Assembly: GCA_023139575.1 (NCBI GenBank)
Contig: JAGLNJ010000051.1
Location: forward strand, 5,926-69,925
Length of the DNA: 64,000 nt
From: Candidatus Omnitrophota bacterium
GTDB taxonomy: Bacteria > Omnitrophota > Gorgyraeia > Zapsychrales > JANLHA01
Direction of reading: 5' to 3'
This document shows positions 18,451-27,395 of the stretch, piece after piece. Positions within the stretch are counted from its first letter, which is position 1. Each line of letters begins with the position of its first letter. Below the pieces are notes generated by a model. The model made no database searches, was not told the DNA's origin, and worked only from the letters and a program-made list of their open reading frames with translations. The position numbers were made by a program, and so were the translations under genes.

Positions 18451-18480
18451 ATTATAACATATATCTAAGATAACTGTCAA
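18451..18480 (-). promoter_or_regulatory. Consensus sigma70 promoter of the pilin operon
   Basis: TTGACA-N18-TATAAT with extended -10 TG. Confidence 0.85.
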
Positions 18481-18526
18481 GGCGATACGCTCAAATAATC
18501 GTAGAAATAACAAAAATATATAAAAA

Positions 18527-20299
18527 TCATATAATGCCCAATAAAAGTTTTTTTCCTTCCAACATAATTTTTTGCTCACTAACCCTTCTTACCGCAAAAT
18601 TTAATTTTTCTATTTTCTCCCTTGGCAAGCTGTCTCTTTTAAACGCTATTTTTATGTAGTTTGCTGTTTCTTGGAAATGTCCCGGCAAAGCATAAAACCC
18701 GCTCAGCATTTCTTCCCTTGTCAATGCGGCGCATGAAAGAGGGAAGTACCTGTATTGGCAAAAAATATTTAATTGGTCCAGCAGGGTTTGCAGAATTTCA
18801 TTAAAATTATAAGAACTTGAAATAAAACGAGTTAAGTCATAATCTAAACTTATCTGTTGCTCATAGAAGGCTTTCTTTTCTTCAAATGCTTTTTTGATGG
18901 CCCCTTCTTCCCTTCCCGCATTCTGCAAATATCCCTTGAACCCTTCAGATGCGGCTGAGGCCTGTAATATAATGCCGAGAAGCGGATCCGCAAATGCTTG
19001 GCTATCATCAATATTATTAGTAATTACCGCCAGAAAAGGTTCTTTTTCAACATTTTTTGAAACAAAATAAACCTTTACCATCGTAGCACTGTCACTCATA
19101 ACAAAAGAGTTTAGATGGATCGAGCTTTCTCTATAATAATACTTCTCGTCTCCTTGAATTTCATGATAATGCTGTGACAGTTTGCAGGCCTTTAGTATCA
19201 TTTGAAACGAAGTCTGACCCGGCAACAAACCACAGACCAACGCCTTTTTTTTGCCAGGAATAAAAGGAAAAGAGGAAATTTCTTCATTTTTAAAATTGCG
19301 TAATACAATTTTGTCCAATCTGACTTTTGATGTTTTGTCTACCGCTTGGCACAAATGTCCAAAAATATCAATATTGCCATCATTGATAAAATCAATATTC
19401 CATGTTTGGACATTCTCAATAATTTCAGAATTGATCCGAGACACTGCCGAGTACAGTGAGGAGGCTAATCCTATCGAAGGCGGTTCTTTCCAAATTGACG
19501 TAAAAGACCCATCTAAATTAATTTGCTTTCCATCGCTTAAATAAACACTTATTATATTAACTTCCTTAAATAGTTGGGGCAACTCAATGGCAACCGCCAG
19601 CTTCAACTTGTTAAAATCGCATTCCTCTTTAATAGCCTCAATGGCAGACAAAGCAGCTTTGTTGTACAAAACATTATTTAATCTCCAAATTCCAGAAAAA
19701 GCACTTTGCTCAATATTTTGTGTATCCCTTAACCCAAACATTTCCAGAAATAATAAAATATCTGGATTGTTTAATCTGACGGATTTTGCCCACTCAAAAT
19801 TACTGGAAAACAATTGATTCAGCAGAGAGTTTTCTGTTAATTCATTAATTGCAGCCTTCAAAAAAACACTTCCCAAATTTGCCAAAGGAACAGATTTCTC
19901 TTCTTTTGTTTCCTGAATGGACATTAAGCCGGCTTTGTCCTTAGTAGCCTTTTCTCTAAGAGTTTCCTTTGGTAATTTTATTTTGGACATTCTAGACATT
20001 TCAGGTGGAGCCGTATCCTCCATAATAAGCGTCCGCTTCTCTTGCGGAAACAGTTCTTTAATTTTTGACTCCGGGATTTGAAATTTTTTGGAAGATTTTT
20101 TTGCTACCGACCTCCTCCCAACCGGGCTACTCAGACTGGAACTTTTGAAGATAGCGTTGATAGAGGATTTAGAAACTTTAATGTCAAAATTCTTTTGAAC
20201 AGTATCGACAAGCCTTCTGCAGCTTATATCAGGTTCTTTAGTTTTACAAGCTACAATAAAGACTACAACTTCTTTTTTTAATTTATGTATAACACCCAT
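18527..20299 (-). CDS. Hypothetical protein (~590 aa) with N-terminal helix-turn-helix, possibly transposase-derived
   Basis: Likely start MGVIHKL at ATG 20299, with TGnTATACT upstream; ISCRRLVDTVQKNFDIKVSKSSINAIFK resembles a winged-HTH. Confidence 0.6.
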   Translation of the reverse strand: MGVIHKLKKEVVVFIVACKTKEPDISCRRLVDTVQKNFDIKVSKSSINAIFKSSSLSSPVGRRSVAKKSSKKFQIPESKIKELFPQEKRTLIMEDTAPPEMSRMSKIKLPKETLREKATKDKAGLMSIQETKEEKSVPLANLGSVFLKAAINELTENSLLNQLFSSNFEWAKSVRLNNPDILLFLEMFGLRDTQNIEQSAFSGIWRLNNVLYNKAALSAIEAIKEECDFNKLKLAVAIELPQLFKEVNIISVYLSDGKQINLDGSFTSIWKEPPSIGLASSLYSAVSRINSEIIENVQTWNIDFINDGNIDIFGHLCQAVDKTSKVRLDKIVLRNFKNEEISSFPFIPGKKKALVCGLLPGQTSFQMILKACKLSQHYHEIQGDEKYYYRESSIHLNSFVMSDSATMVKVYFVSKNVEKEPFLAVITNNIDDSQAFADPLLGIILQASAASEGFKGYLQNAGREEGAIKKAFEEKKAFYEQQISLDYDLTRFISSSYNFNEILQTLLDQLNIFCQYRYFPLSCAALTREEMLSGFYALPGHFQETANYIKIAFKRDSLPREKIEKLNFAVRRVSEQKIMLEGKKLLLGII

Positions 20300-20494
20300 A
20301 GTTTTACAAAATGGACAATTGAACTTTCTAAGTATATCACAAAACAAGGCTTGGAAAAAGCGCCTTAGTTGATTTTTCATCTGCCTTAACTTTAATGTCC
20401 AGAAAAATATCAACATTTAAATATTTAATCTTTAAAAAAAGATGTATACTTTAAATAGTCACATAATTATCATTCCTTGGAAAAAGGATTCTTT

Positions 20495-20734
20495 ATGCTT
20501 AAATGTCCCTATTGCTGCGAAGAACTAACATCCGAAGTTAATCGCTGCGTTCACTGCTCCCAATTTCTCATTGATGATATTATTCATTCAGATTTTCCCA
20601 GCCTGGACAAAAAGAAATGTGTTTTTTGCGGCAAAAAAATACTAAGTCGAGCTAAAATATGCAAGCACTGCCACAAATGGCTTGATGAATTAGATCAAGC
20701 GGTTCGTGATGTAGATCCTGATGATTTGGTTTGA
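20495..20734 (+). CDS. Double zinc-ribbon protein
   Basis: CPYC..CVHC and CVFC..CKHC pairs; ATG 20495 behind AAGGA. Confidence 0.8.
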   Translation: MLKCPYCCEELTSEVNRCVHCSQFLIDDIIHSDFPSLDKKKCVFCGKKILSRAKICKHCHKWLDELDQAVRDVDPDDLV

Positions 20735-20749
20735 TTCACTCCCGAAAGG

Positions 20750-21094
20750 CTATGCTTCTTTTATCAACTCATCCCCTATTTGAGTTTGCGTTTCATCAAT
20801 CGTCCCCTCTGGCAATTCAATACAATAATTTGCGCGAATAAAATAGGGACCCATCCTATAAGGTTTGATCCTTTTTACAAGACCGATAACTTTATTATTT
20901 TTGTCTACAAAAATAACATCGATTGTGAAACGCATAAAAAGCATGTGGATGGAGCGGCATTGTGTAATGATAAAGCCGTGCCCTTGCGGTAAATTGTCGC
21001 GCCCTAATAAACCAACAAGACGTGATAGCGCTGTATCCGCCAGCTCAGTTTGCTGAGAGATCGTGGTGTTTCGTGTTTTATTGATTATTTTCAC
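20750..21094 (-). CDS. DUF192 family protein
   Basis: ELADT..SRLVGLLGR, SIHMLFMRFTIDVIFVD, CIELPEG; overlaps the tadA stop codon. Confidence 0.88.
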   Translation of the reverse strand: MKIINKTRNTTISQQTELADTALSRLVGLLGRDNLPQGHGFIITQCRSIHMLFMRFTIDVIFVDKNNKVIGLVKRIKPYRMGPYFIRANYCIELPEGTIDETQTQIGDELIKEA

Positions 21095-23262
21095 AAGGCA
21101 GGAACTGTTTCCGTAAAGATTTTTTTCTCTAACGAAAGACCTATACGGTTAAAATCTTCCATGAACTTTGGGACATATCCTGTGGGTTTAAAGTCGCCGA
21201 GTATTTTCCCGTCTTCTGTTTTCCTTTTTTGGTCAAAGACAAAGACATCGCGCAAATCAAGCTGATGATCCTTTTCTATTCCGGCAACCTCGGTAATTCC
21301 TGTTATCTTACGAGTCCCGTCAGAGGTTCGGGCAACATGAACAATAATATCAATGGCTGAGGAAACCATTTCATTGATAGCCCGGATAGGCAATTCGATA
21401 CCGCTTAAGAGGATCATTGAACTCATACGAACCAAAACATCATGGCATGAATTCGCGTGCAGCGTCGTCATAGAGCCGTCATGACCCGTGTTCATAGCCT
21501 GAAGCATATCCAGGACCTCACGGCCGCGGCACTCCCCGATGATAATGCGGTCCGGGCGCATACGCAGCGAATTAATAAACAGATCTCGAATAGTGACCTC
21601 GCCGCGACCTTCAACGTTTGCCGGGCGGGATTCCAGTCGTCCCCAATGGGTTTTCTTTAACCGTAATTCAGCGGCGTCTTCTATCGATATAATTCTTTCA
21701 TTGTCAGGGATGAAATGAGAGAGAACATTTAAAAGCGTCGTTTTCCCGGCGCCGGTTCCTCCAGAAACGATAATATTTTTTCTTCCAACCACACAGGCCT
21801 CAAGAAAAGTAGCCATGTTTTTAGAAAAACTTTTGTACTTAAGCAGCAAGTCGGCCACGCTCAAGCGCTCAACACCAAATTTTCGAATGGTAATCATGGG
21901 GCCGGTCAAAGAAAGAGGGGGAATAATAGCGTTGAAGCGTGAGCCGTCCGGAAGACGAGCGTCGACCATCGGAACAGATTCGTCAATACGTCTACCGAGA
22001 GGAGCGATAATACGGTCAATAATCGCGCGCATCTGCTGATCAGAAACAAACTTCCTGTTAGTTAAAATAATCTTGCCGCCCTTTTCTATATACAGATCGT
22101 TTTTGCTGTTAACCATAATATCGGTAACCTCCGGATCCGCAAGAAACTCTTCCAAAGCCCCCAATCCTAAAGCCTCATCAACGATCTCCTTAACAATCCT
22201 CGCCCGCTCTTCATGCGAAGAAATCAGCGCCCCTTTTTCTTCCATAAGGAGGTTGCTGACAATTTTCTTGGCGGACTCTTTCAGCTCTAAGGCTTTTTGG
22301 GGATCCCCCAACATCTCCGGCGTCAAGTCTTCCACATGCAGGCGATCCACAAGCTTCTCGTGAATCTTCTTTTTAAGAGCGACAATCTCATCTTCCTCTT
22401 TCACAAAACCATCGCCACCGGCAGGCATGTTCTGTGATGATATGCCGAATTTCTGCCAGAATTCACCCGGCTTATCCATTCCTTCGGTCATGCGAACCTT
22501 AGCCACTTCCGCGCCCTGCACAAAAAGGTCTTCCTTTTTGAGGTCTGCGATCATTTGCTTAAAGGCTTCCGCTACCTTCGAACGAGGGCTGTCGATAACA
22601 CAGGGGACGCCTCGATTCAAAGCCATACCCACGGATCTTCCATCGGAAGGAATCCTCGCAAATATTTCGCAGCCTAATACATTGCGGACCTCCTGCCAGG
22701 CAACGCCTCCCCGGCTTTCCGATCGGTTTAAGACCAGCTTGATCATCTTAAAAGGGAAATGCAGGCTTTGCAGCACCTCTAGACACCATTTGATTTGATA
22801 TACAGCTAAAACATCAGGCGTGGCCACCAAAAATATCAAGTTGGAATGATCCAAAGCAGTCAAAAGGGTTTCGCTAAAAGCCTTCCCCGCGTCTATGATG
22901 ATATAATCATAGATCGTAGAGACCGTCTTGAAAAAAGGTTTGATGTTTTCTGCTGTAATATGACCGATCTGTTTAGAATGAATAACGGCCGGCAAAAAAT
23001 CCAGACCGCAGGAATGAGAAATGACAAATTTCTTAATAATGTCCGGACTGTCGGCCTTCTCTATTTCCGGCAAAAGATGAACCAGGGCGTGGCGGGGAAC
23101 AAGGCTTAACATTCTGGACATGTCTTGCCCTGCTTGAAAATCCAAATCAAGAAGCAACACCCTTTTACCCGACACGGCTAAAGAGGTTGCCAAGTTAACG
23201 GCGGCAAAAGTCTTTCCAACACCGCCCTTATTACTAAATATAGTTATGGTTCGAGCTTCCAT
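21091..23262 (-). CDS. tadA: TadZ/CpaE (MinD-like ATPase)-TadA/CpaF assembly ATPase fusion
   Basis: N-terminal KGGVGKT and YDYIIID; C-terminal GLGALEEFLADP, RRIDESVPMVDARL, GGTGAGKTT, LRMRPDRIIIGECRG, AMNTGHDG. Confidence 0.92.
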   Translation of the reverse strand: MEARTITIFSNKGGVGKTFAAVNLATSLAVSGKRVLLLDLDFQAGQDMSRMLSLVPRHALVHLLPEIEKADSPDIIKKFVISHSCGLDFLPAVIHSKQIGHITAENIKPFFKTVSTIYDYIIIDAGKAFSETLLTALDHSNLIFLVATPDVLAVYQIKWCLEVLQSLHFPFKMIKLVLNRSESRGGVAWQEVRNVLGCEIFARIPSDGRSVGMALNRGVPCVIDSPRSKVAEAFKQMIADLKKEDLFVQGAEVAKVRMTEGMDKPGEFWQKFGISSQNMPAGGDGFVKEEDEIVALKKKIHEKLVDRLHVEDLTPEMLGDPQKALELKESAKKIVSNLLMEEKGALISSHEERARIVKEIVDEALGLGALEEFLADPEVTDIMVNSKNDLYIEKGGKIILTNRKFVSDQQMRAIIDRIIAPLGRRIDESVPMVDARLPDGSRFNAIIPPLSLTGPMITIRKFGVERLSVADLLLKYKSFSKNMATFLEACVVGRKNIIVSGGTGAGKTTLLNVLSHFIPDNERIISIEDAAELRLKKTHWGRLESRPANVEGRGEVTIRDLFINSLRMRPDRIIIGECRGREVLDMLQAMNTGHDGSMTTLHANSCHDVLVRMSSMILLSGIELPIRAINEMVSSAIDIIVHVARTSDGTRKITGITEVAGIEKDHQLDLRDVFVFDQKRKTEDGKILGDFKPTGYVPKFMEDFNRIGLSLEKKIFTETVPAL

Positions 23263-23389
23263 AAAATTATATTTTACATGCTTTACAAAAAAAATCCAGT
23301 TAAATTTATTTTAAAAAAGCGATTGCTTCCAATTCGTGCGTATAAAACGGGAGAAAATCATGAACGTTTCAGAAAAATGAGGTCAAAAA

Positions 23390-25270
23390 CTATATCTTCT
23401 TGATTGTTTCAATCGTCGGAGAACATTCTAAACCCAGCTCATCTAAAATGGCTTCTTGACTATAGACAATGGGAATCGTAACAACCAGTTCTTCCAGCTC
23501 TACTTCCGAAGGAAAAGGATCAAAAGGCGCCAAAATCTGCGCAGTATTTATAGCGTCTTTATCAAAAATATCATACCCGGAAGATTCTTTTATTGTCGCG
23601 TCCATTAAGGATCCATCACTCAATATGGTTAAAGAAAGCTTAACTGTTCCTTGCCATCCTTCTTCTTTAGCCTTATATGGAAATGATATCGTTCGCGAAA
23701 TATTTTGTTGTATCGTCTGTACATACTCTGTGATAGCTTTAGAAATGTTTTCATCATCAATGATTTCTTCCGCTAAAGCTGTTTCTTCGTCGGTAACAAC
23801 GTCTATGGCTTCTTCACCCATTGTTTCGGGCTCTTTACCTTCTTCAGCGGCGGCTGTCTTATCCATTCTCTCTTCCAAAAAGGACGCTATCTCCTCTTCG
23901 TATTCATCAACAGCGGGTTCCTCAATGACGATCTCACCTTCTTCCAGTTTTTCGACGTCTTCTGATAAATCTGCCAACTCTTCCTCTAGTTCATATAACA
24001 TCCCGTCATCTTCTACAGCTTTTTCTTCCGACGGCAAAGACATCTGCCGAAAAATACGCGGAGTCAATGTAATAACAACTTCTTGCTCTTGATTTGCCGT
24101 AGGTGTTATCTTAGATCTGAACAGCGCTCCGACAATTGGTATGGCGCTGATAAAGGGAACTCGTTTAACCTCTTCGCTTTCATTGTGCTTAATCAATCCG
24201 GCAATAACAACCGTCTGCCCGTCATTCAACAGCAGTCGGGTATCGGCAGATCGTGTCGTGAAGGCAACATCATCGCCTACAGCATTAGCATTATCAATAT
24301 CCCTGATGGCAACAGACAAAAGGATATCGATTTTTCCATTTTTCACTTCCGGCGTTACCGTCAAATCAATGCCGTACTCCTTAAAAGTCACATTTTCTTG
24401 AACGCTACCAGCCACATTACCCGTAGTCGTCGTTCGAATCGGAATTTCCCCGCCGACTAAGAAAGAAGCGTCTTCACCATCGACCACAACAATGCTGGGC
24501 TTGGACAAAATTCGCCCTTTCCCTTCCTTAATAAGGGCTTTTACGGTAGCCTGTATTATTGAAGTACGATTAATGTCGCCGATTTTGAACAAATTTTCTA
24601 CATTGTTTCCATCAAACTCCGGCAAGGTCTCTTGATAAACAAGATTTAGAGAATCCGCACTATCTGTTGCCCAATCGAATCCTAATTCTTTCGTAAGCGT
24701 TGTGTTCAACTCAGAAATCTGTACGTCAATCTGAATAAGGTCGCCTTCTACTCTAACCATATCAATGACTTGCTCACCAAAATCGTCAAGGATGAGCTCC
24801 AGCATTTCCTGCTCGCTTTTAATAACAGTCCCTGTAGCTACGACCTTTCCTTCATATGGGTTTGGCGCCAATTTAACGTCCTTGATTTCAGCCGCATCCA
24901 GCAGGCTCTGTAAACGGGAAACAATTGACCCCATGTCTTCTTCGAAAACGCGAGCAATTATAGTTCTTTTCCCGTATTCATCCCAGATGAAAATCGGCGT
25001 CTCCCCAATAGCCTGACCGACAAGAAGCACTTCATTGACATCCGCATTAGCGATATCTACAATGCCCGGTTGGCTGATGGCAATCCTTGTAAGAGAATAC
25101 ACTTTTAAAGTGACCAGATCCCCTTGATAAAGGAAGACATCTCTTTTTTCCAAAGTATCAATAACGTCTTGCGTTTGGGCATGAGCGTTAAACGGAAACA
25201 CTGCCACTGTCATAACAATAAAAACGATTTGTAAAAATTTTTTGCTTTTTGTTTTTTTTGTGATCATCAT
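23390..25270 (-). CDS. cpaC: Tad secretin CpaC/RcpA with acidic linker and C-terminal TonB_C domain
   Basis: Signal peptide; pilus-secretin N domain; ASFLVGGEIP, FKEYGIDL, VPFISAIPIVGALF; C-terminal FPYKAKEEGWQGTVKLSLTI..DG..SSGYDIFDKDA. Confidence 0.88.
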   Translation of the reverse strand: MMITKKTKSKKFLQIVFIVMTVAVFPFNAHAQTQDVIDTLEKRDVFLYQGDLVTLKVYSLTRIAISQPGIVDIANADVNEVLLVGQAIGETPIFIWDEYGKRTIIARVFEEDMGSIVSRLQSLLDAAEIKDVKLAPNPYEGKVVATGTVIKSEQEMLELILDDFGEQVIDMVRVEGDLIQIDVQISELNTTLTKELGFDWATDSADSLNLVYQETLPEFDGNNVENLFKIGDINRTSIIQATVKALIKEGKGRILSKPSIVVVDGEDASFLVGGEIPIRTTTTGNVAGSVQENVTFKEYGIDLTVTPEVKNGKIDILLSVAIRDIDNANAVGDDVAFTTRSADTRLLLNDGQTVVIAGLIKHNESEEVKRVPFISAIPIVGALFRSKITPTANQEQEVVITLTPRIFRQMSLPSEEKAVEDDGMLYELEEELADLSEDVEKLEEGEIVIEEPAVDEYEEEIASFLEERMDKTAAAEEGKEPETMGEEAIDVVTDEETALAEEIIDDENISKAITEYVQTIQQNISRTISFPYKAKEEGWQGTVKLSLTILSDGSLMDATIKESSGYDIFDKDAINTAQILAPFDPFPSEVELEELVVTIPIVYSQEAILDELGLECSPTIETIKKI

Positions 25271-25346
25271 ATTTACTCCCTAAACTTCCAGTTAACCTCA
25301 TAAAAAGTGAATAACCATAGCATACCTTATTCTTAACCGTTAACCT

Positions 25347-26144
25347 CTAATTTCTAACGCCACCTCTATAAATATCAATAAAAGTGGTTGGAGCGTCTCC
25401 GCCTGTTGTAACCGCCTCTAAAGGCATTTGAGTGTGTGGAACCAATAATTCCGTTCCTTGTTTTTCAAAAACATATTCTGATAAAGCTCCCCAAGAGGCT
25501 GCCTGCATAATTTCTGTTTCTGTTTCAGCAGGGGCTCTTAAAATCAATTGCATTTTTCCGTTTTTTTCAATAAATGACATAAGGCTGGCTTCTTCCGGCG
25601 TCAAGGCAAAGGTTATATTTAATGACCTGGCTTCTTGTTGCTTTTCATATCCTCCCGGAGCCTGCAAATTTGTCCCCACCGCTAAAATCTGGGCATTTTG
25701 GAAGACCATTGAAGTAATCGTGTTTTTGCCTGTCTTGTGTTGAATCGGTATTTCCATATGCGCCAAAACATCAACATAATCTCCAGGATTGATAAGGCCT
25801 CCGACCGCCGATAGAGAGTCTATCATAACCGTATACGCTCTCTTACCCGCAGGAGTACGTAAAGCCAATGAAGATTTTGGCACTGAGGGCGTCTGGGATT
25901 GAGAATCTTGCCCGGAACCAGCTATCACAACCTGACGGCTAGCTAATTGTTTGATTTCTTTACGCAAGGTTTCTAAGTCTCGCTGTAAAGGTTTGATCTG
26001 TTTGGTTTCATATTCTTGAGAAAGCTTGGCTGTTGCCTTTTTGATATTTCCTTCAATATGATTCCCTGTAAGAATAGCCGCAACCGCACCTAGCCCCACC
26101 GCACATGCAATAATAGCAAACTGTCTTTTGGCTTCTAAATTCAT
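25347..26144 (-). CDS. cpaB: Flp pilus assembly protein CpaB/RcpC
   Basis: GKRAYTV..VGGLINPGDYVDV, QNAQILAVG, TFALTPEEA, LILR. Confidence 0.9.
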   Translation of the reverse strand: MNLEAKRQFAIIACAVGLGAVAAILTGNHIEGNIKKATAKLSQEYETKQIKPLQRDLETLRKEIKQLASRQVVIAGSGQDSQSQTPSVPKSSLALRTPAGKRAYTVMIDSLSAVGGLINPGDYVDVLAHMEIPIQHKTGKNTITSMVFQNAQILAVGTNLQAPGGYEKQQEARSLNITFALTPEEASLMSFIEKNGKMQLILRAPAETETEIMQAASWGALSEYVFEKQGTELLVPHTQMPLEAVTTGGDAPTTFIDIYRGGVRN

Positions 26145-26148
26145 ATAC

Positions 26149-27126
26149 CTACTCCTCTAATAGTTTATCGTTAATATTCACGACCGTTTTATTTCGAAGC
26201 TCTTGAAGAGTTTCGTTGATTGTCTGTCTCTGCTTAAAAATCGTCAAACCTTCAACAATTTGCTCTTTCACGTCCTCAAAAGCCTTCTGCTCTCCACCTT
26301 TTTTCTCTTCCAGTTTAACAATATAAAAACCTTCCGGCCCTTTGAATACAGCGCTAACTTCGCCTGTTTCTAAAGCAGCGACGACTTTTCTCATTTTAGG
26401 GAAATCAAAAATAGCTTTGAACCCCATATCTCCTTTTTTCCAGGCAGACTTTGCCTTAGAGTGGGTCTTCACCATTTCTTGAAAATCTACGTCCTTATAT
26501 AGCTCAATGCGGATACTTTTTGCCGTTTCTTCATCTTTCACAACAATTTCCCGAACGCGCCATTCAACAGGATCAACAAATTCCGTTTTATTGTTTTCGT
26601 AATATCCCTCAGCTTCTTCTTCTGTCGCTTTTGCTTCTTTTACGATCTGGTCAGCCATTTCGCGAACGATAAGGGTGCGGCGGAACTCTTCCACAGCATC
26701 AACAATATCTTTTTTTTCTGCTATCCCGGTTTTTTCAGCCTCATGAACTATTAGTTGCTGATTGATAAGCTCTTCTAAAACCAGCTTGTTCTGATCAACA
26801 TTCTTTGTATCATAATCGGGCACCAGCTCTTTAAGAGCTTTAAGCCGTTCATTAAATTCTTCTATAGAAATCGCCCAACTGCCTACTGAGGCTAAGACAT
26901 TTTTTGCCATCGGCTTTGAGGCTTGATTAAATTTTTTTGATTTTATACCGGGAGGGTTGGTATTTGCCTGAGAAACTTTATTGCTTTGTGCCACTTCCGG
27001 GGCTGGTGGTTTTTTCTTGCCCTTTAGCTTATCGGTTAGCTCTGTAATCTTATCGCAACCTTGTGTGCTTGCCAGAATTAAGGTAAAAACACAAAAAAAA
27101 CCAATTTTTTGTTTAAATGCTGTCAC
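26149..27126 (-). CDS. Parvulin (PpiC)-type peptidyl-prolyl isomerase lipoprotein, PrsA/SurA-like
   Basis: Lipobox-like TQGC; REIVV, GDMGF, GEVSAVFKGPEGFYIVKL; GTG start with AAGGAGG. Confidence 0.85.
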   Translation of the reverse strand: MTAFKQKIGFFCVFTLILASTQGCDKITELTDKLKGKKKPPAPEVAQSNKVSQANTNPPGIKSKKFNQASKPMAKNVLASVGSWAISIEEFNERLKALKELVPDYDTKNVDQNKLVLEELINQQLIVHEAEKTGIAEKKDIVDAVEEFRRTLIVREMADQIVKEAKATEEEAEGYYENNKTEFVDPVEWRVREIVVKDEETAKSIRIELYKDVDFQEMVKTHSKAKSAWKKGDMGFKAIFDFPKMRKVVAALETGEVSAVFKGPEGFYIVKLEEKKGGEQKAFEDVKEQIVEGLTIFKQRQTINETLQELRNKTVVNINDKLLEE

Positions 27127-27154
27127 AAAGACCTCCTTTTAAGGCATATTTGTA

Positions 27155-27183
27155 AGTATAACTTTTATATATTTAAAAAACAA
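27155..27183 (-). promoter_or_regulatory. Promoter of the PPIase-cpaB-cpaC unit
   Basis: TTGTTT-N17-TATACT. Confidence 0.55.
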
Positions 27184-27395
27184 GTAAATTCCCGTTTTTT
27201 TTGCATTAATGCATTTTATCTAACAAGTTGTGACTTATCGGTTTGCCTGATTTTCAGAAAGCGCTTTCTTATTTATTCCAAAATATAACATCAAAGGTTT
27301 TCCTTAATAGTCCTCTTCCGCAATCAGTTGATTTGATTTTTCTTCCAAAATTTGTTAATTTATCAATTAATTCAAGGCCTTCTCCTATATTACGC

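Noticed and set aside
18527-20416. Active IS element
   Set aside because: No terminal inverted repeats, target duplication or clear DDE triad; kept only as a possible domesticated gene.
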